A DNA stretch of 64,000 nt from a virus: the IMG/VR virus record IMGVR_UViG_3300027970_000006; one strand, written 5' to 3'. The notes under the pieces were generated by a model that ran no database searches, was not told the origin of the DNA, and saw only the letters and a program-made list of their open reading frames with translations. Numbering within the stretch: the first letter of the stretch is position 1; each line of letters begins with the position of its first letter. Made by a program: the position numbers and the translations under genes. Of this stretch, positions 10,218 through 19,543 are shown piece by piece.

Positions 10218-10685
10218 ATGAAAAAAGGAAAAACTGCCAAATTAACAGGGTATCGGACATTTAAATCACATTATGGGACAATAGACTCCCAAAACTTAAA
10301 ATCAATTTTTATAAATATACAAACGTGGGTTGAACCAAAAGAAGACTTAGAAAATTGGAACCGAGTTGTATTAAACATGTCAAGATCGGTTAAACACACG
10401 GTTTTGGATAATATCAATAAAACCGTTTTTGACACCAAATTTATTGTTGATCTTGATTTAAGAACAAGCGGGATCCAACTAAATAAAAAATCATTTATGA
10501 ATTTAGAAATAAATTTATTCTTATTAGAACCTATGGATTTTAAATCACCAAAATTAAAAAAACATGTAAAAAATCTAATCAAAAGCGTGTATGGGGATGT
10601 TTTAAACAAGAACAAATATTTCAAATGTTTTTTAACTAAAAATGGAAATATTAAACCCATAAAAAAAGAAACCGAAACTATTTAA
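10218..10685 (+). CDS. Hypothetical protein
   Basis: 155-aa ORF divergent from bS21. Confidence 0.75.
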   Translation: MKKGKTAKLTGYRTFKSHYGTIDSQNLKSIFINIQTWVEPKEDLENWNRVVLNMSRSVKHTVLDNINKTVFDTKFIVDLDLRTSGIQLNKKSFMNLEINLFLLEPMDFKSPKLKKHVKNLIKSVYGDVLNKNKYFKCFLTKNGNIKPIKKETETI

Positions 10686-10707
10686 TATTTATATATAAAA
10701 ATACTTA

Positions 10708-11436
10708 ATGGAAAATTTAAAAATATTAGGACCAAGAGATTCAGGAAAGGGGATCCTTGTTGAGTATGACTCGGGATACATTGATCCAAATGATAGAAGA
10801 AACTTATCAATGATTAGAGAAAATCGTGATATGTTAGATCACTCAAAACCATTTGAGTTCTATGCTGTTCTTCAAAAATACAACACCCCAAATAGAAACG
10901 GAAGGATTTATCCTGAAAAGATATTAAAGCGTGAATCTGAAAATTATAAAAAAATGATTCAAAAAGGAACGGCTCTATCTGAGTTAAATCACCCTGAATC
11001 ATCATTAATTGACTTAGATAGAGTATCACACGCAATTACCGACATTTGGTGGGAAGGTCCAGTACTTTTAGGTAAATTAAAATTACTTACAAGTCCAGGG
11101 TTTCACGAAAGAGGAATTGTTTCAACCAAAGGTGATTTAGCAGCAAACTACTTAAGACAAGGTGTGACATTAGGTATTTCTTCTCGTGGTGTGGGATCAC
11201 TTAAAAAAGTGGGAGAACAAAATGAAGTCCAAGATGATTTTGAATTAATTTGTTTTGACCTAGTGTCATCTCCATCAACGCCAGGAGCTTATTTATTCAC
11301 AGATAAAGATGATAGATCTAAATTTGAAGAGAACTTAGATGAGGAGAAAAAAATGAACGCCGAAAGACATGTTGGTGAAAACGGTAATAAATCACTTGAC
11401 TTAATGAATAGATTATCCGATTATTTGAATAAATAA
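10708..11436 (+). CDS. gp21: Prohead core protease (T4 gp21-like)
   Basis: NRNGRIYP, ELNHP, VSH, GISSRGVGS, FDLVSSPSTPGA. Confidence 0.95.
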   Translation: MENLKILGPRDSGKGILVEYDSGYIDPNDRRNLSMIRENRDMLDHSKPFEFYAVLQKYNTPNRNGRIYPEKILKRESENYKKMIQKGTALSELNHPESSLIDLDRVSHAITDIWWEGPVLLGKLKLLTSPGFHERGIVSTKGDLAANYLRQGVTLGISSRGVGSLKKVGEQNEVQDDFELICFDLVSSPSTPGAYLFTDKDDRSKFEENLDEEKKMNAERHVGENGNKSLDLMNRLSDYLNK

Positions 11437-11442
11437 TTAATT

Positions 11443-11655
11443 ATGGACGAAAAATATTTTATCGCAAAGATCACAACCGATATGGTTGACACTGAAACTG
11501 GAAAAGTTAAAAAAATGAGAGAAGAAAAATTGGTTAAAGGGTTTTCACCCACAGATGTTGAGGCCAAAGTAACCAAAGTTTATGAAAATTACACTATGGA
11601 TTGGAGAATCACTTCAATTAGTGAAAGTAAAATTGATGAGGTTATTGAAGGATAA
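11443..11655 (+). CDS. DUF4494-like protein
   Basis: YF.AKI......GKVKK..E..LV...S.T..EA......RITSI..SKI.EV resembles the Bacteroidota DUF4494 unit. Confidence 0.6.
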   Translation: MDEKYFIAKITTDMVDTETGKVKKMREEKLVKGFSPTDVEAKVTKVYENYTMDWRITSISESKIDEVIEG

Positions 11656-11674
11656 TAATCAATTAATTTAGTTT

Positions 11675-11713
11675 AAAAAGGGGGAGGGACAATAGTCTTT
11701 TCCCCTTTTTTTT
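11675..11713 (+). terminator. Rho-independent terminator
   Basis: AAAAAGGGGGAGGGAC-aata-GTCTTTTCCCCTTTTT followed by T. Confidence 0.75.
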
Positions 11714-11785
11714 GTTTTATTATATCAAAAAAACAATTTTTTTACTTTTTGATGATATTTATTAGAAAAATATTTTATAAAAAGT

Positions 11786-13171
11786 ATGACAAATAACAAA
11801 AATGTAGTAGCAGACGCTCTTTTTCAAATCAAGAATTTGGAGGAGACTCTACAAGAAAATGCAAAAGGAATACTTCAATCTACAATGAGTGAAGAAATCA
11901 GACAACTAGTAAAAGAATCTCTTAGAGAACAAGATGAAGAAGAGATTGAGGATGAAGAACTGTCAATTGATGACGAAACTGAAATTGATGACGAAACTGA
12001 AATTGATGACGAAACTGAAATTGATGACGAAACTGAAATTGATGACGAAACTGAAATGGACGACGAAACTGAAATCGATGATGAAGAAACTATTGACATG
12101 ACGGGAGCGTCAGACGAAGAAGTTTTAAGAGTATTCAAAGCAATGGGTGATGAAGACGGAATCGTTGTGAAAAAAGAAGGTGAAAATATTCATCTTACTG
12201 ACGGTGATAACGAATACATGATCCAATTAGGTGAATCTGAAGAAGACACGGAAACTATGTATGAAATTGAAATGGACGAAGAAGATGACATTGAAGACGA
12301 ATACATGGAAACTATGTATGAAATTGAAATGGACGAAGAAGATGACATGATGGAAATGGATGACATGGAAATGATGGAAATGGATGACATGGAAATGATG
12401 GAAATGGATGACATGGAAATGATGGAAATGGATGACATGGAAATGATGGAAATGGATTACGAAAATTTTGACTCAGTTATGGAATCCGTTAAAAAAGCCA
12501 TTAAAGAAAAAGGTGTTGGAATCGGAAAAGGTCCTAAATTCAATTACGATAAAAAACCTAACATGAACGGAGGTTTCAATACCAAAAGAAAAGAAGCTTT
12601 TGGAAAAGGAACTAAAGCCATGGGAACAGGAAAAGCCAAATTTGAATATAAAGAAGGTATGAATATGGAAAAAGGATCTATGAAAAAAGTTGAGACGAAA
12701 GAAGCTTCAAGAACTTATGGTAATGGATCTAAAAATAATAGTAGAGGTTTAAGAAAAGCAAGAACAAACAACAGAAATTATGAATACAATCCATTTAAAA
12801 TTTCTGAATCTACTGAAGTAAACTCATTGAGAGAGAAAAACGAAGAATACAGAAAAGCTCTTGATGTGTTTAGAACAAAGTTAAATGAAGTTGCTGTTTT
12901 TAATTCTAACTTGGCTTACTCTACAAGATTATTTACTGAACATTCAACCACAAAACAAGAAAAAATAAACATCTTAAGAAGATTTGATAATGTTGAATCT
13001 TTGAAAGAATCGAAAAATCTATACAAAGCCATTAAAAATGAATTAGGAAATGGTGTAAGTAAAGAAAACTCAATAAACGAATCAATTGAAAGAACTGTGA
13101 ATAAATCTGTATCAACAGGTTCATCATCTAATTTAATTGAATCAAAACGTATGAAAATCCACAATTTTTAA
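11786..13171 (+). CDS. Prohead scaffold/core protein (T4 gp22-like); true C-terminus probably extends to 13203 through a frameshift
   Basis: Acidic coiled-coil protein between protease and MCP; LNEVAVFNSNLAY...RFD C-terminal segment. Confidence 0.75.
   Translation: MTNNKNVVADALFQIKNLEETLQENAKGILQSTMSEEIRQLVKESLREQDEEEIEDEELSIDDETEIDDETEIDDETEIDDETEIDDETEMDDETEIDDEETIDMTGASDEEVLRVFKAMGDEDGIVVKKEGENIHLTDGDNEYMIQLGESEEDTETMYEIEMDEEDDIEDEYMETMYEIEMDEEDDMMEMDDMEMMEMDDMEMMEMDDMEMMEMDDMEMMEMDYENFDSVMESVKKAIKEKGVGIGKGPKFNYDKKPNMNGGFNTKRKEAFGKGTKAMGTGKAKFEYKEGMNMEKGSMKKVETKEASRTYGNGSKNNSRGLRKARTNNRNYEYNPFKISESTEVNSLREKNEEYRKALDVFRTKLNEVAVFNSNLAYSTRLFTEHSTTKQEKINILRRFDNVESLKESKNLYKAIKNELGNGVSKENSINESIERTVNKSVSTGSSSNLIESKRMKIHNF
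11966..12091 (+). repeat. 18-bp coding tandem repeat, ~7 copies (IDDETE)
   Basis: ATTGATGACGAAACTGAA units. Confidence 0.95.
12250..12457 (+). repeat. Duplicated ETMYEIEMDEEDD block followed by a 24-bp repeat, ~4.5 copies (MEMDDMEM)
   Basis: ATGGAAATGGATGACATGGAAATG units. Confidence 0.9.
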
Positions 13172-13229
13172 GAATGAAGGATTTGATGACAAAAATAAAA
13201 TAAACAATAAATAATAAAAACCAAAAAAA

Positions 13230-15143
13230 ATGGGAGCATTATTAGAATCAGGTCTTGTAGGTAACATCGGGTTAAAACACCTTAAAGTTATCAAAGAAGA
13301 CACTATTAACAAATGGGACAGATTAGGGTTCCTTGAAGGTCTTAAAGGCCACCTAAAAGAAAACGTAGCTCAATTATATGAGAACCAAGCATCTTTCTTG
13401 ATTAACGAAGCAACTTCAGATGGTTCTTCTAACGGAGCATTTGAAACAGTTGTTTTCCCAATCGTGAGACGTGTATTCTCTAAATTGTTGGCTAACGACA
13501 TCGTATCTGTACAAGCAATGAACTTACCAATTGGTAAATTGTTCTTCTTTGTACCAAGAATCCAAGGATATTCAAACGCATCTTCAGAATATGCAAATCT
13601 TTATCCTAACTCAACACCAAATAACGGATCAGCGGGTGGTGAGCACTACGCACCAATTGGATCTCCTAATGGACCGACAGATGTAGGTGCTGGTTATCCA
13701 CCATCAGGACCATATTCATACAAAAAAGACTTGTATGACTTGTTCTATGAAGGAAATGAGGCATCTTTAGATCCTCCAGGGTTGTTTGACTACTCTAAAG
13801 GTAAATGGACTGCAGTTACAGCAAACACAACTGTACAAGTATGGGCTGGTAGTAGCTTAGTTAATGCACCTTTAACATCGTACTCAGGAAACACAAGAAA
13901 AGTTATCATGAAACTTTGTGGTTTTGCTAACGCAGGTACTGGAAAACTTATCGGTCCTGATGGAAATGAAATGGATACAGAATCTTTCCTTTCTGATTTA
14001 AGAATTTATGGTACATCAGCAATTTCTGCAGAAACTACACCTTGTAATGTATTTACAAGTACTTATAATGGTCAAAGCGTATTTGTTCCTCTATTATTTA
14101 GAGTTGTTACACAAATCTATGGTCAAGGTATTGTAACACCTACAAGTACTAACACGGCAACTGTATTTGGTAACTCAGGTAATGCGACAGGTACAAACAC
14201 TGGTGACGGTGGAAACTACAACAACATTTGTTCTCAAGATGGTTGTATCTATTTAGAAGTAGATTTATCTTGTCCAGTATGTGCTGATTGTGACGCAACA
14301 TCATTAGATGGTTACACAGGAACTACTATCTATTCAGGAACATCAGGTGGTTCATTTTTAGCTTGGTATAGAAGATATGCTGAGATGGAATTTGAAGACC
14401 AAATTGGTGAGGTTTCTTTTGACCTTGAGTCAGTAACTGTATCTGTTACAGAAAGAAAACTAAGAGCACAATGGTCTCCTGAATTAGCACAAGACGTTGC
14501 TGCATTCCATAACATCGACGCTGAAGCTGAATTGACAGCATTGTTGTCAGAACAAGTAGCAGCTGAGATTGACCGTGAGATCCTTCGTGACTTACGTAAA
14601 GGTGCAGCATGGCAATTACGTTGGGACTACAACGGATGGAGAAGAATTAACGCTACTACATCTTACACTCAAAAAGACTGGAACCAAACTTTGATTACAG
14701 CGATTAACCAATTGTCAGCACAAATCCACAAATCTACTTTGAGAGGTGGTGCTAACTGGATCGTTGTTTCTTCTGAGGTTTCTGCAATCTTTGATGACTT
14801 AGAGTACTTCCACGTATCTAACGCAGCTCCAGATCAAGACCAATACAACATGGGTATTGAAAGAGTTGGAACATTATCAGGTCGTTACCAAGTTTACCGT
14901 GACCCTTACTTCCCACCAAACCAAGTTTTGATCGGACACAAAGGAACATCATTGTTAGACACAGGTTACATTTACGCACCGTATGTTCCTCTACAATTAA
15001 CACCTACAATGTATAACCCATTCAACTTTACGCCAATCAAAGGTATTATGACCAGATACGCGAAAAAGATGGTAAATAACCGTTTCTACGGAAGAATTAC
15101 CGTAGATGGTGTTAGAACATTCGACTTAAGAGAATTGAGATAA
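13230..15143 (+). CDS. gp23: Major capsid protein (T4 gp23-like)
   Basis: PIVRRVF..L.A.DIVSVQAM..P.G, RKLRAQWSPELAQD..A.H..DAEAEL, IYAPYVPL, F.P.KGIMTRY. Confidence 0.97.
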   Translation: MGALLESGLVGNIGLKHLKVIKEDTINKWDRLGFLEGLKGHLKENVAQLYENQASFLINEATSDGSSNGAFETVVFPIVRRVFSKLLANDIVSVQAMNLPIGKLFFFVPRIQGYSNASSEYANLYPNSTPNNGSAGGEHYAPIGSPNGPTDVGAGYPPSGPYSYKKDLYDLFYEGNEASLDPPGLFDYSKGKWTAVTANTTVQVWAGSSLVNAPLTSYSGNTRKVIMKLCGFANAGTGKLIGPDGNEMDTESFLSDLRIYGTSAISAETTPCNVFTSTYNGQSVFVPLLFRVVTQIYGQGIVTPTSTNTATVFGNSGNATGTNTGDGGNYNNICSQDGCIYLEVDLSCPVCADCDATSLDGYTGTTIYSGTSGGSFLAWYRRYAEMEFEDQIGEVSFDLESVTVSVTERKLRAQWSPELAQDVAAFHNIDAEAELTALLSEQVAAEIDREILRDLRKGAAWQLRWDYNGWRRINATTSYTQKDWNQTLITAINQLSAQIHKSTLRGGANWIVVSSEVSAIFDDLEYFHVSNAAPDQDQYNMGIERVGTLSGRYQVYRDPYFPPNQVLIGHKGTSLLDTGYIYAPYVPLQLTPTMYNPFNFTPIKGIMTRYAKKMVNNRFYGRITVDGVRTFDLRELR

Positions 15144-15165
15144 TCTTAATATATCTTAAAAATAC

Positions 15166-15194
15166 AAGGGGTAATGAAAATTACCCCTTTTTTT
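15166..15194 (+). terminator. Rho-independent terminator after MCP
   Basis: AAGGGGTAAT-GAAA-ATTACCCCTT followed by a T-run. Confidence 0.9.
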
Positions 15195-15250
15195 ATTTAT
15201 GGTAGAAAATTAAATGGACTATAAATTAATTCATCATATATTTATAGTAT

Positions 15251-16930
15251 ATGAAGAATCAAATTTACATAGATGATGTGATTAAAATGTATCAAGATGG
15301 TGGGGTCGGAACACACCAAATTGCAAAACATTTTAAAGTAGGACATAAAAAGATAAGTTCCATATTAAAGGAAAATAATATAGAAATTAAACCGAAAGGT
15401 GGTCAAATCAAAAATAATGTAAATTTAAAAATTGTAAAAACAAAAAAATACGAATCTGAAAATTGTAGTTATGTTGCCATTTGTAAGAAAACAAACATCA
15501 AGATAAATGATCCTAATAATTTATCGGGTAAATTAACAAAACATATATTAGAAAATTACGGAGATATTAATATTCCTCAAAATAATTACCAAAGAAAAAA
15601 ATATGAAATAGAAAACGGTAAGAAGTGGTATGAAGAATACTTTGATATAATCCCACAAGAAAAAAAAATAACTCGTAAATGTTCTTTATGTGAATGGGAA
15701 ACAACTGATATTAAAAATAAAACTGGATGTTTTGAGCAACACGTAAATAATATTCATAATATAACAATTGACGATTATCTAAGTAATTTTCCGACTGAAA
15801 AAATACATCATAAAAAAATTATAAAAAAAGAGTTATTAGATAATAAAGAAAATTTTGTAACATGTGTGTTGTGTGGTGAAAAAATGAAATCCATTACTAA
15901 TACTCACCTTAAAAATTTACATAATATCAGTATTGAAGAATATAAACTAAATTACCCAAACTCAAAAATCGTATCAAAATCTACGTCAAAAAAATTAAGT
16001 GACTCAACAAAAATATTAAATCAATATTTAGAACCTACTTGGACATCAAAGGGTGAAATAGAAATAAAAGAGTTTTTGGAAAGTTTGGGGTTTGGGGTAG
16101 TCAAAGGAAAGGATAGGAAAATACTGAATGGTAAAGAAATTGATATAGTAATTCCAGAACTAAAAGTTTGTTTTGAATATAATGGTTTGTATTATCACAC
16201 CGAGAAAATGGGTAAAACCTCACAATATCATCTTAATAAAACTATTGATTGTTCTATTATGGGGTATGAATTATATCATATATATGAAGATGAATGGATA
16301 ATTAATAAAGAACTCACAAAAACTAAAATAAAACACATTTTGAATAAAAGTGAAGGTATAAGAATTGGTGGGAGAAATGTGAAAATTCAAAAAATAACAA
16401 AAAATTTTAAAAACTCATTTCTTACCAATTTTCATATACAGGGCAATGATAAATCAGATATTTTCTACGGTGCGTTTTATAACAACATAATGGTTGGTAT
16501 AATGACTTTTAATCGTAAAAGAAATATGACCAAATCACAAACAGATGAATTTGAATTATCAAGATTCGCCACTAATCCTGACTATATAATAAGTGGGTTA
16601 GCATCAAAAATTTTAAAAACATTTATTAAAGAATATAATCCAAAAAGTGTTGTTAGTTTCGCCGATAGAAGGTGGACAATCAATCCCGATAATAATCTTT
16701 ATACAAAATTAGGATTTGAACTAACTTCAGTAGTAAAACCGACATATTACTATTACAACTCAAAGATTAATAAATATAAAAGATTTCATAAATTTTCTAT
16801 GGGAAAAAATAACCTAAAAAAGAAATATCCTAACATGGATTTTTCTAAAACAGAATCTGAACTAACTAAGGAACTAGGTTTTGATAGAATATGGAATTGC
16901 GGATTATACAAATATACATTATTTTGTTGA
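15251..16930 (+). CDS. Hef-like homing endonuclease (HTH, C2H2 fingers, PD-(D/E)XK nuclease, GNAT-like C-terminus)
   Basis: CSLC...H...H and CVLC...H...H fingers, EIDIVIPELKVCFEYNGLYYH, ELSRFA...GLASKIL...SFADRRW...LY..LGF. Confidence 0.75.
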   Translation: MKNQIYIDDVIKMYQDGGVGTHQIAKHFKVGHKKISSILKENNIEIKPKGGQIKNNVNLKIVKTKKYESENCSYVAICKKTNIKINDPNNLSGKLTKHILENYGDINIPQNNYQRKKYEIENGKKWYEEYFDIIPQEKKITRKCSLCEWETTDIKNKTGCFEQHVNNIHNITIDDYLSNFPTEKIHHKKIIKKELLDNKENFVTCVLCGEKMKSITNTHLKNLHNISIEEYKLNYPNSKIVSKSTSKKLSDSTKILNQYLEPTWTSKGEIEIKEFLESLGFGVVKGKDRKILNGKEIDIVIPELKVCFEYNGLYYHTEKMGKTSQYHLNKTIDCSIMGYELYHIYEDEWIINKELTKTKIKHILNKSEGIRIGGRNVKIQKITKNFKNSFLTNFHIQGNDKSDIFYGAFYNNIMVGIMTFNRKRNMTKSQTDEFELSRFATNPDYIISGLASKILKTFIKEYNPKSVVSFADRRWTINPDNNLYTKLGFELTSVVKPTYYYYNSKINKYKRFHKFSMGKNNLKKKYPNMDFSKTESELTKELGFDRIWNCGLYKYTLFC

Positions 16931-16950
16931 TATACGTAGAAATTATATCC

Positions 16951-17058
16951 ATTTCAGAAATAGGTGATGATGAGTTTGTAAAATGTTGGTCATTAGATAA
17001 TTTACAACCTATGTGGGGTAAAGAGAATATTAGTAAATCAAATAAATTATTTTATTAA
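16951..17058 (+). pseudogene. C-terminal remnant of an HNH endonuclease (ISEIGDDEFVKCWSLDNLQPMWGKENISKSNKLFY*)
   Basis: No ATG start; NLQP.W...N.SK matches the C-terminus of the HNH at 59908-60606 (HYTNLQPLWWFDNLSKG). Confidence 0.7.
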
Positions 17059-17256
17059 AACTCTAATTGATTTTGAGATGACTTCAGTTTCACCAATAGA
17101 AAAAGCACCTTTTCTATGTGCCGATTTAACGGCCTCAATTAAATAATATAATGCGTGTTCATCATCCATTGTTGATAATATCAACTCTAAATGATCTTCA
17201 TTCAACAATTCAATTGTGTTAAATAAATTACCAAAATTTTTATTTTCTTCTTCCAT
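17047..17256 (-). CDS. Hypothetical protein
   Basis: 69-aa ORF. Confidence 0.7.
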   Translation of the reverse strand: MEEENKNFGNLFNTIELLNEDHLELILSTMDDEHALYYLIEAVKSAHRKGAFSIGETEVISKSIRVLIK

Positions 17257-17290
17257 AAGTAATTAATTAGATATTTATAATTATAATAAA

Positions 17291-18004
17291 ATGGATCGTT
17301 TAAATCAAATCATTAGAAAAGTAATTAAAGAAGCCACAGGAGATAGTTCAGGTGGTAGAGGAAGTTATATTGCACCCATCCAACCCGGATTGAGGCCATG
17401 GTCTGAAGAATCTTTAAAACCATTTACACAATCAGTTTCAAAATATAAAAGTCCATTAGTTCAATATGATAGTTATGACAAAAGTTGGGATTTAAGAAGT
17501 GGTCAAATACGGGAATTAGAAAGAACCGCAGCTAAAATACAAGACTATATCAAACACAATCCATATTCAACATTTAGTGATAATGATGGGAATATAATTA
17601 ACCAATATTTTGAAAATAGCAGAGAAGCTTCATTTAAAGAAAAAATGGAACCATATATTGAAAAGGTTCCATTTAATGAGTGGGTTGAGGTTGCCGACAA
17701 AGGTGTATTAAATGAAGACTTGGCGGTTTGGTTTGGTAAAAAGAAGAAGCCTAAGGGATCTTCTCAACCAAAAGGTCCTTGGGTTAACATTTGTCGTAAA
17801 GTTGACGGAAAACACCCCCCTTGTGGTAGAACGGATACAAGTAAGGGTGCATATCCTAAATGTCGTGCGGCTGGTGTTGCTAGTAAAATGTCTGATTCGC
17901 AAAAAAGATCTGCTTGTCAACAAAAAAGAAGAGCAGAGAAAAAAGATACTCAATCAGGTAAAGGTCAAAAACCTGTAATGACAAGTTATAAACCAAGAAA
18001 ATAA
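17291..18004 (+). CDS. Hypothetical protein with basic Cys-containing C-terminal domain
   Basis: EDLAVWFGK...WVNIC....PCGR....YPKC motif; TATTTATA upstream. Confidence 0.75.
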   Translation: MDRLNQIIRKVIKEATGDSSGGRGSYIAPIQPGLRPWSEESLKPFTQSVSKYKSPLVQYDSYDKSWDLRSGQIRELERTAAKIQDYIKHNPYSTFSDNDGNIINQYFENSREASFKEKMEPYIEKVPFNEWVEVADKGVLNEDLAVWFGKKKKPKGSSQPKGPWVNICRKVDGKHPPCGRTDTSKGAYPKCRAAGVASKMSDSQKRSACQQKRRAEKKDTQSGKGQKPVMTSYKPRK

Positions 18005-18436
18005 TTATTTTTCTTCTTTTTCTATTTTTTCTGTAAGTTTATTTAAAATATTTTGAAGGGAATTCTTAATATTTGATTTAACTTCTGTTTCGGTATTCAC
18101 CCTTCGTTTTTCTGTTTCGGTGTCGTAAAGATAAGTTATTCTTTCATAATCACGAAGACTTAATTTAACATCATAATGAAAAATATGATTTGTTATTTCA
18201 ACACGACCATAATCAATAATGATAAAGACATTTAACTTTTCATTAACAATAAATCTTTTTTGAGACATTGGTGCAATCATAAAATCACTATCTCTATGTG
18301 ATATTAACTTAACACAAATTTTAAATGCGGTTTTTTCATGTAAATCAACTTCTTCATAAGTTTTCATGTTGTTTCTCATGTGTCGAGCCATTTTGACCTT
18401 AAATCGTTTGTAGAATCTTTTAAAGAATTTTTCCAT
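18005..18436 (-). CDS. Hypothetical protein
   Basis: 143-aa ORF. Confidence 0.7.
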   Translation of the reverse strand: MEKFFKRFYKRFKVKMARHMRNNMKTYEEVDLHEKTAFKICVKLISHRDSDFMIAPMSQKRFIVNEKLNVFIIIDYGRVEITNHIFHYDVKLSLRDYERITYLYDTETEKRRVNTETEVKSNIKNSLQNILNKLTEKIEKEEK

Positions 18437-18522
18437 AGTTAGTGTTTAGTTTATAACTACAAATATATGTGATAAAATCAAATAAAAAAAATTTTTAAAA
18501 AAAAAAATTAACATTGAGTAGG

Positions 18523-18663
18523 TTATTTTAATGTGATAGTTTCATACGAACATGACCAACCTTTGTGTTGTTTTAAATGTCCTTTACCAACTCTTTGCAA
18601 AGCACTATCACTTAGATTATTTAGTAAACAAAAATTTCTTAAAGAAATCACTCTTTTTTCCAT
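18523..18663 (-). pseudogene. NUMOD1/IENR1-like DNA-binding domain remnant, 46 aa (MEKRVISLRNFCLLNNLSDSALQRVGKGHLKQHKGWSCSYETITLK*)
   Basis: SL..FC..N.L....L.RV.KG..KQHKGW is the typical C-terminal module of phage homing endonucleases; not in the ORF track. Confidence 0.6.
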
Positions 18664-19082
18664 TTACCTCCTTTTGAATTGTAACGTTTTACCGCAGCTC
18701 CGTTACAATATGCACTAGGACAAACTTCGTAACGTTGTTTTGCCCAAGCTAGAGATTGTTGCCATAATTTTTTATTTGTTGCAACATTTTTCTTTTTTCT
18801 TCCTTCAGACATCATCATATCATCAGAATGATTTTCTCCTTCCTTTTCATTCATTAGAAAATCAAAAACTTGATCCATGTTGTTTTTGGCCTCAGCAATG
18901 TGATCTTGCGCCCAATCGTGACCATTTTCTAAAATGTCCTCAATCATAGATTGGTCAAAATCTAATAATATATCACATTGTCTTCTCATTTGTTCTAAAT
19001 TTGAAAAGAACATATATCTTGATGAATTTTCTTCTTGAGTTTCTTTAATAACTCTTCTAATTATTGAATCTAAATTTCTCAT
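18648..19082 (-). CDS. DUF5872-like domain protein
   Basis: NKKLW......AKQRY.V.PSAY.NG..VK.Y...GG.W C-terminus. Confidence 0.65.
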   Translation of the reverse strand: MRNLDSIIRRVIKETQEENSSRYMFFSNLEQMRRQCDILLDFDQSMIEDILENGHDWAQDHIAEAKNNMDQVFDFLMNEKEGENHSDDMMMSEGRKKKNVATNKKLWQQSLAWAKQRYEVCPSAYCNGAAVKRYNSKGGKWKKE

Positions 19083-19107
19083 ATTATTATTTATTTAATT
19101 TTAAACT

Positions 19108-19518
19108 TTACGAATATAATCCGTTTTGTCCTCCTAATTGTATTGCGTTTCCTTGAGTTACTGAATTTCCATATAAACCAGTCCATACCGGATGTGGAAC
19201 TGAAACCGTAGTTGCTGTTCCTCCTGAATAACAAGGATCGCAGATAACACAACTATCACCAATTGTATTTGCTGTTGATGGTATACTTTGAAGACATGAA
19301 GAACAACTATCAAATAACATTCCTACGTAATTTGAAGTACTCACAGGTCCTGCTGATCCAATAAGTGTTGCACAATATGTAATTCCCGTAGTGGGGTCTA
19401 TTCCCGAAGTGGGGTCTATGATTGAATATGTGTTTCCTGTTATTAACGTTGATCCACCATCTTCAGCTTTTATAATAACACCTGGTTGAAAACACAATTC
19501 AAAATTTTGTACTGCCAT
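19108..19518 (-). CDS. Small Cys/Gly/Thr-rich putative virion protein
   Basis: ORF with CSSC and CVICDPC; TATTTATA upstream. Confidence 0.65.
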   Translation of the reverse strand: MAVQNFELCFQPGVIIKAEDGGSTLITGNTYSIIDPTSGIDPTTGITYCATLIGSAGPVSTSNYVGMLFDSCSSCLQSIPSTANTIGDSCVICDPCYSGGTATTVSVPHPVWTGLYGNSVTQGNAIQLGGQNGLYS

Positions 19519-19543
19519 AATATTTTATTTTATAAATATCTGT

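Noticed and set aside
10139-10240. N-terminal extension of bS21 in the ORF track
   Set aside because: Spans the AT-rich divergent promoter region; bS21 similarity begins at ATG 10138
11966-12457. 18- and 24-bp repeats as iterons or an origin
   Set aside because: In-frame coding repeats within the scaffold gene
4282-15143. Introns or inteins in terminase, portal or MCP
   Set aside because: The ORFs are continuous, with no intein N-terminal C/S or C-terminal HN motifs and no LAGLIDADG blocks seen
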